A DNA stretch of 64,000 bases from Tubiluchus corallicola (taxonomy: Eukaryota > Animalia > Priapulida): NCBI GenBank assembly GCA_030141605.1, contig JAQGDQ010000097.1, positions 434,001-498,000 on the forward strand, given 5' to 3'. Of this stretch, positions 37,101 to 64,000 are shown in pieces; the first letter of the stretch is position 1; every line of letters starts with the position of its first letter. The notes under the pieces are model-generated. The model was not told where the DNA came from. It saw nothing but the letters and a program-made list of their open reading frames with translations, and made no database searches. A program made the translations under genes and the position numbers.

Positions 37101-38398
37101 AAAAGAGTTACTATGTTCAACATAGTCAGCATATTTAGTTTCGGGACATCCTAAGACTGCATGAGTAACAGTTTGAATAACATTCAAATTACAAAATTGA
37201 CATATTCTATTTTCTCGTCTGGTCCTGCTCCACCTGCCAGTCTCAATTCGTAGGTGGTAGTTTCCCACTCTGAATCTTGAAATGATTATCCTGTAATGTT
37301 CCGTAAGAATGCTGTTATCAATAAAGTAAGAAGGGTTTGAGCAACTCGGCTACAATATACACCCTGTTTCGAGTCTGAGTCATTTGTATTACATGTTACA
37401 AAGTTAATAACTGCAGTCATTAGTGTCTATTTTGTCCGTAGAATGATGCATCATAAGTATCTCTCAACGAGTGCACATACTCATGAGTAGTGCAAAATAG
37501 AAAGTAAAATCTATAATGTTTAATGTAAGTTGAACATTTCAAGATTGACTGGTACCGAAGAGCAAACGCCCTACATCAACAATACTAATAACATTTCAAT
37601 TTCAATTACAATTTCAAAATAATTTATTGATTTAACATATATCAAAGTCACATTAGTTTTGAAATACAATATATGAACAGTAAAGTAAAAAAAATTATGT
37701 GAAAATGATCACTGTTATTAAAAAAAGATAATGGAGGGAGACCTAATTATCTATTAAGCCAGAAGCCGTGGCTTATGGCAGGCCACCAACAAGTGTTTTT
37801 ATAATAATTTCATTAAACAGTATATTTTAGTTGTTAGTCGTTAGTGATTTTGTACACTACTATTCTAAGATTGAAAGCTACTGCTGTTCCAAGGAAACAT
37901 TACACTGTTGTAACCAAAGTTCTTATTTTAGAGTTATCTAGTTATAATTAGAGATTTAAAATGAACTTTTTATATTTTTATTTAAAGATTGATTCAGATT
38001 TCGATAATCTAACTTCCCATGGAATATTATTCCATGTGAGGAGGCCATGATATTTAATTGACAATTTTCTTATATCCGTGCTACATTGAATGAAATCATA
38101 ATTTTTACTTTGTCTCGTATTGCAGTTGTGAAGATAAGAATTTTAAATGAATCTTGATTGTAATCAACTATGAAGATAGCTTGTATTTTCCTGCCATTCG
38201 TTGAAAAATAGCACCTTATTTTAACACGAGTTATATGCTACACATACATAGCATTGTTTTCATATTTCTGTTAAATAGCCATTATTTGTTTTAGTGTGCT
38301 AGCAATGAAGATGTGATTTCAAGTGTTCTTTTCAATTTCAGATCCACATAGAAGTTATACGTGATAGCATTGTAAGCGGGTTATTAAAGTCTCTTTGA
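15235..38398 (+). CDS. MGAT4: Alpha-1,3-mannosyl-glycoprotein 4-beta-N-acetylglucosaminyltransferase (GnT-IV, GT54; MGAT4A/B-like), about 559 aa, 14 coding exons
   Basis: The exons are phase-consistent with GT-AG introns: 15235-15340, 18916-19131, 19736-19843, 21169-21302, 24346-24392, 26927-27040, 27525-27600, 29465-29579, 30407-30537, 32263-32370, 34971-35164, 35820-35940, 36533-36685, 38342-38398. The protein has a type II TM anchor, a coiled-coil stem, [70 protein letters not shown], and a C-terminal lectin domain (NPPA...LEKAY.G..FFW...WVILSEI). Confidence 0.95.
15799..16537. mobile_element. hAT-type MITE in MGAT4 intron 1
   Basis: Imperfect TIRs CAGGGTTGTTACCAAAAC / GTTTCGGTAATATCCCTG, a degenerate 8-bp TSD ctcatgtt/ctcatatg, and subterminal aaccga repeats. 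Confidence 0.7.
16620..17010. repeat. Degenerate internally repetitive element (ccaatgttg/ccaacattgg motifs)
   Basis: Two similar blocks (caaccat..gccgat.tctga.at.gg..c.atgttgca) start near 16651 and 16893. This is probably an old MITE. Confidence 0.4.
20096..20347. repeat. Tandem repeat, 84-bp unit x3
   Basis: Units start at 20096, 20180 and 20264 (aagacagtgcattgaatca...cagcttatttcatcattattt) and are nearly identical. Confidence 0.95.
31712..32017 (+). repeat. 306-bp direct repeat, copy 1 (MGAT4 intron 9)
   Basis: tacaattattattattaattagtg...tttttgttagcagtt is near-identical to 32727-33032. Confidence 0.95.
32727..33032 (+). repeat. 306-bp direct repeat, copy 2 (MGAT4 intron 10)
   Basis: Near-identical to 31712-32017 with only a few substitutions. 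Confidence 0.95.
35419..35566. mobile_element. Short PIF/Harbinger-like MITE
   Basis: Imperfect inverted ends ggctcattcagacgta / tacatctgaacgcgca, with an internal duplicated palindromic motif tctcgcaacttgttgcgca. Confidence 0.45.
36841..37335 (-). mobile_element. 5'-truncated non-LTR retrotransposon 3' end with (TA)n tail
   Basis: Minus-strand [47 protein letters not shown] is a typical LINE ORF2 C-terminus. A minus-strand AATAAA followed by (TA)n lies at about 36841-36869. Confidence 0.8.
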
Positions 38399-41008
38399 TA
38401 GTGATCTCTAAGTAGTGTTATGGAAAATAGTCATAGACACATCGACCATCATCAATATATCAGTGACATTTGATACAGTGAACACTGGGAGGCAGGCTTC
38501 ATAGCAAAGCTGACAATAAATTTAGAGTAGCTGCTTGAGGCAAATAATACTTTTTGTTAGCCTTGATTTTCACTGTGTTTTGTACAGGGATTTTAAAGTG
38601 TATTAAATACCAGATTATTTGCAGTGTTTTCTAATGGGCTGAAGGGTTGCTAAGTTCAAAGAGGAAGAAGATCTTTCTGTAGTGCACCTTATGCAGTTAT
38701 AGTCTCTGGTTTTACAAATTGTCTTTACAGCTTAAATTGTTCATAACCTGGTGTGATATTATAATACAGGTCTACTTGGTGATATTGTCTCAGCCATTTC
38801 CATTTTTCTGTCTTTTGCATAGATCTGTGTATGGTTTTGTTTCCATAAGTGCGCATAACAGTTATGATAATGCCGTTTTTAATTTGACAATCATTTGCCA
38901 AAGTATCATTTGCATTGCAGTCATCCTATATGTTTATAGTGATTCCACTTGTAGAATGCAAAAAAAGTTATAGAATAATATGGCTTGTACCCACTACTAC
39001 TCCATAGACCATTTGTTATTTTAATGTACAGGCGATGTTATTGTTTAGTTTATATTAATCATGCTTGGTGCTGTTATAGTAGCTGTTGTGCTGTGATTAT
39101 TTTTATTTTATTTTAGTTACTCTGCTCAACCATGTGTATGTGTACAGTTGTATTAATTAGTATTATCTTGCTATGTGAGAGCTTTTATTCAACAGTTTAT
39201 GTTTGTCAGGTGTGACATCTCTCTAATACACGAGCTAGCCATTAAAATCCGATACGCAGCGACGTGAAAGTTCATGCCATGGGCAAAAGAAATATTCACT
39301 TTTTATGCATCAAAAATACCTGTTGATACTTGGGAGTGTGTCTTAATGGACTGCTCTGAATAATTTTCATCAATTGTGCCAAGCCAGAAAATGTCTGACT
39401 GCCTTGAAAACCGATATTTAATAAAATGGCTTTCACACAGATATGCTTAAATGTAAAGCAGAAGTAAAAGTATTTTGCTTGGCAGAGGTTTATTAGCTGG
39501 ACTTTGCAATCTTTTACTGCTCATTTGAAATCATGTCTTACAGAATTATTTTTGTCTAATTTACAGTATGGTAACTGGCATTTGTGGAGAATCAAGCGAA
39601 AATTTGTTTTTTGCTTTTACATTTTGATAAATTTGGTATTTTTCATTCAAACAGTTTTAATGGTGTTTCTACGCTTGCCAAGCATTTTGTCAAGATTGAA
39701 TGAGTAGAGCTTTGAGGGTTTCTTCAATAGTTGTACACATGTGAAAATGATTTTAAACTTTGGTAAAGGTGTAACTTGTATAATAATTAAAACTTTACTT
39801 GATTTATGAATGATAGCATGTGCAGATCTTCCAAACAGCAGTCACTTTAGATCGTTACCAGTTATTACCATCGAAAACCGTATAATTATGAAATCTAAAA
39901 AATGAATAATGAATAATTATGAATCTGTCATCTGTTTGCTTATCGAGGAATAATAACTACCAATTTTATTTCTTTTCAGCAAAAATTGTTGTTTCAGTAA
40001 ACATTAAGTGTCCTATTTATTTATTTTTCTCTTACTCGATTTCATGAGTTACAGTGTACAAGCAATCAAGCAATTCATGAGAATTGTGTTGAAGAAATCA
40101 TCCAAATTTCTTTTTGAAATTTATTTATTATACACGCAACACTGTTTTATTAACGGTGCATTTGACTATTTGTTGAAAATTACGTATCTTATATCTGTAT
40201 TTGAAACAATTATGTCCAACGTATTTTGCTGACTGATGCAAGTTGTAAGAATTGAAAAGTTTTAGTTTTTCCAATAGTCATTATTGATTAGAAAACATAC
40301 TGTTCAAATGTGCTTTTGTTTTGATTTTAATGGAAGCATTTTTACAAATAGCCTCGTATGTAGAAGATTTTAAAATTTTGCACAGTGTTCAGAATTATTT
40401 GCTTTTATAAATAAGAATCTCAGTTTGATTTGAAGATATGTTTCTTCTCATGTTAGTCGTATAAAATTAACGAAGTTAAAAAATTAAAGAAGAAGTTAAA
40501 GATCTCTTGCTAATATAAAAATGTGTACTATATATTTTATATTAGGTGATTTGCAATCTTTGAGTCAATGCTGTCAGGTTAATTTTTAAGCTGTTGAACA
40601 ATAAACACACACACCTCTAAGAAGATTTACAAACTGTTTTATTTTTTAATACAGTATATGAAATCTTAATATTAAAGCCTAATCATTTGTAAGGCGGTGT
40701 TATTTTCTTGCAAACAAAAATTTGCAAATGACTATAAACAAGCTTTGTTTGATTTTGTCATATTGTTGAACTTGAATACGACCAATATTGTACTGTGCCT
40801 TTATGGCATCAAACTTAATTTTTTTCTAATTTTATGTCCTGCCAGAAGGGAAGAACTGACGCAAGCCAGAGAAGACTGTATATATATTCTTTTATAGATT
40901 GTTATATTGTGCAATATTTTGCTTTGTGATCAGTGCTTAATTTTGTACTATAGTTATGTTGTCATGTATAAAAAGTGTAATTGTTAGTAAACTAGTCAAA
41001 GATTGTAA

Positions 41009-41014
41009 AATAAA
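41009..41014 (+). terminator. Candidate distal MGAT4 polyadenylation signal
   Basis: AATAAA followed by GT/T-rich sequence (tactgttctttgttc). Other AATAAA hexamers lie upstream at about 38515, 39420 and 40600. Confidence 0.35.
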
Positions 41015-42139
41015 ACTATTATGGTTAAGATACTGTTCTTTGTTCTTTTATTATAGTGTCTCTTTCTAACTTAAAATCATCAATCTATTTGCAAGCAGTT
41101 AGTATGATAAGTACTAGTAGATTATTGTTAAATTTGCAAAGTGATCTTTATGTATTGAATTGTGATATAATTGCTAAGCTGGTAGACTGGATTAGATTCC
41201 ATTTAAATGAAATCCCTAGAGTGGATTAGAGCAGACTGTAAATGAATTGGATTGTGTGGTACTGGGGTATGCTACGGTAGATTGGTTTTGGTTTCAGTGT
41301 TGATTAGAGCTTCAATATTATTGGATGGCTAGTCTTATGGAATGAATTATTTCAAATTGGATGCAACTAGAATAAAAAAAATGAATTATGTTACCAATAA
41401 AACACTAACACTATAACTATATCAATACAACGCCATACATAAGTCCAACAAGTGTAGTCATACTGGGAGCATAATTGCTCTTCCAACAGTTATTGTAGTA
41501 TAATATTTTACTATGACAACACACAACAGCATTTCTTTGGATAATGTGGTTATTTGTAATTGGTTAATATTGGTGAACATATTTCTACCACACTGTTTCT
41601 TTTGGTTCTCCCTGTATAATGATCTAGTCAAGTCACTTGTGTTGGGCTATACCTAACCACTAGTGCAAAACTTAATCTTGCACTGAAGTGAACTGGGTGC
41701 TACACACGTCATTGTGGTCTGGACCATACCAGCGAAACAGGCTAGTCAAGCTCCATAAAACCACTTAAGTTAGAGTAGTTCTAGTAATGTCAAATATTAG
41801 ATCTCAAGCTCGAGGCCATGTTCATACCAAAATAAATAAATGAATTTCTCTAAATAAATTTCGTACCATCACATTTCCATCGCCTTATTACGCCTGCAGT
41901 TTGAATCCAAAATTTATTTTGAGAATTCTAGTTTAATTTTTTATATTCATACGTTTGTATAACATTCGATTGACTGGATTCAGTCAGATCTTTTCAAAAT
42001 TTTGCCTCAAGAAAAATTGTTTAAAGCACTGGTTTTCCTAATTGGTCATTAGATAAACAAAATGCTTAATTTTATTAATTAGAGTTGGGCACATGAAGCC
42101 AGTGTGTATAACTAATTTGATTTGAAGTTTTAAAAATCT

Positions 42140-42300
42140 CCCACAGCACGGCGCCAGCGCTCCTACTCACCTGCTGGCAAATGAAGCCCGAGGAGAAAAT
42201 GTGGCCTATATGACGTCATTTTGTGCCAATAAGCTGAGCTTGTTGAGCGGTTAGCTGGCAGCTATTTGACTGGCTTCGCGTGCAGCATGTGCTTGAGTTA
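42140..42300 (+). promoter_or_regulatory. Putative promoter of the Ig-domain gene
   Basis: Local GC/CpG enrichment, a perfect CRE TGACGTCA (42211-42218) and CCAAT (42226-42230), upstream of a donor AG|GTAAAT at 42407. Confidence 0.45.
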
Positions 42301-43074
42301 GTTAACGCATAATAATGATTCACTGCATTTTCCAACAATGGACGAGGTGACAACGTTGTGCGTTTCTTAGTGAAATCTGCTGCATGCAGAAAACTAATTT
42401 GGAAGAGGTAAATGATTTTAAATACTGATGTTGTTTTAAGAAAATGCCTATTTAGCTTTGTTGCTTCATTTTAGATAATTCGGGTATTGTTAAATAAAGC
42501 AATTGCTTGTTCCTTGTGGTTTATTGCCATATTCGTTACCTTTACGTCAAAATTTATTAGCATTTTTCATCCTCTTTTGACTATGTAGACTATGAAGATA
42601 GGCGTGGATAATATACTTAGTAAAAAGCCCATAGGTTATATTGGATTTTAGGCTACATTATACATGTACTTTGTAGGATGGAGGCCCTCTTAATTTTTTT
42701 CCTGCAGTTATTGTTTAAGTTACGTAGTTTCTAAAGGTATTCTATATTTTCTGCATTATGTTTTTTGAGGGCAAAGTTAAGTGTAGTGCACTTAATCTTG
42801 TGCCTAGTATATTTCTAATTTGGAATACTTTTCTTTATTACTGTCTTGTAAGTAAGTGCATTATATACATTTGTGACTGTGTTTTTACGCATGACTGCAT
42901 GCATGTATTTTTATGTAGGACTGTAAGACTGTGTTTTTATGCATTCATATTTTTTTGTTTCAAACACTTAATTTCAATGTGTGAAAGAGTAATTTAAATC
43001 TATTGTTTTCAGAAACATGGTTTACTTTTTGGTGCCAAATTTAACTGGTGCAATGAATGTTTAAAATCCCCACA

Positions 43075-63110
<20,036 letters not shown>

Positions 63111-64000
63111 GTTAGTAATTTTATTATGAAGCAAAGTTATATTAAGCTAAATTAATTTTTTAGGTGGACTGCTTAGCTGTCAAACATCCTGTTAAAAATA
63201 AGGAGCTTCAGTATAAGGCAAGCTGAATTGAATTTGTGCTACGTGGACTGAAGATATAAAATGACAGAAATCGATACTGGAGTGTTACATAAAAATGCTT
63301 CGTTAAAGATAAATGATACAGACGTGGCTAAGTGTCTGTGTATTTCTATTGATTCAATTTCATCTGATCTACTGATCATTGTGTTCAGTAACGTTCTCGA
63401 TTTGAGGCTGTTTTACAAATTTGCCAATCACGCGTTGTACCTTCTTGTTATCTCAGTGCTTTGTATAAATCAAAAGTTGCTACCACTGTAAGTCTCAGCA
63501 TATTGCACTTCAACAAACATTTTTTAAACATTAAATAGACTGTATTAGTACTATTATTGGCAAAAGTATTGCTGTGCATAATTTTTGTGAGAGTTTGGTT
63601 AATAGTAATGTATTTATAATTGTAGAAACAGGGCTTTAAAACAAATTTGGTTTTGCATTTTCCTGACATTCCAAACACATACTTGTCTAGAAAAAAGCGT
63701 AGTAATTATAATAAATTTATATCTTGATTAATATATTTCACTATCTCAGCGTGTTTTACACATTTATAGTAAAATAAAGTGACAAACACATGAAGTTAGT
63801 AAATGTGCTGAAATTTTAACAACAATGCAGTGTAAACGAATTGCTAACACTAAAATACCAAAATAGCATAGTCATAATTAAGAAATGTGTAAAATACAAA
63901 AAAGTGCAGAATCATCACCAAAAACTAGAACGGCAAACAAGTGGACTGTAGAAAGAGAGAAACTAAATATTAAAAACTTGTTAAACACAAAATGGAGTTT

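Overview
This is AT-rich, intron-containing animal (invertebrate-like) nuclear DNA, not prokaryotic. Four protein-coding genes lie in tandem on the + strand. (1) COA5/PET191 has 3 coding exons and is missed by the ORF track. (2) A full-length ATG7 with an intronless coding region starts only 495 nt after the COA5 stop. (3) MGAT4 (GnT-IV) has 14 coding exons and about 559 aa. (4) A signal-peptide, multi-Ig (I-set) protein has at least 7 domains and runs off the window end. The left 7 kb and the introns hold transposon remains: a BEL/Pao LTR 3' end, a hAT deletion derivative, TIR MITEs, Kolobok-like MITEs, LINE 3' ends and a SINE. The most notable observation is the COA5-ATG7 arrangement, which could be a retrogene using the COA5 promoter or a dicistronic/operon-like unit. 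Smaller candidates are a 15-nt MGAT4 microexon, a direct repeat bracketing an in-frame MGAT4 exon, and a uORF-rich leader on the Ig gene. All gene models were read by eye from splice motifs and frame continuity; no database searches were run.
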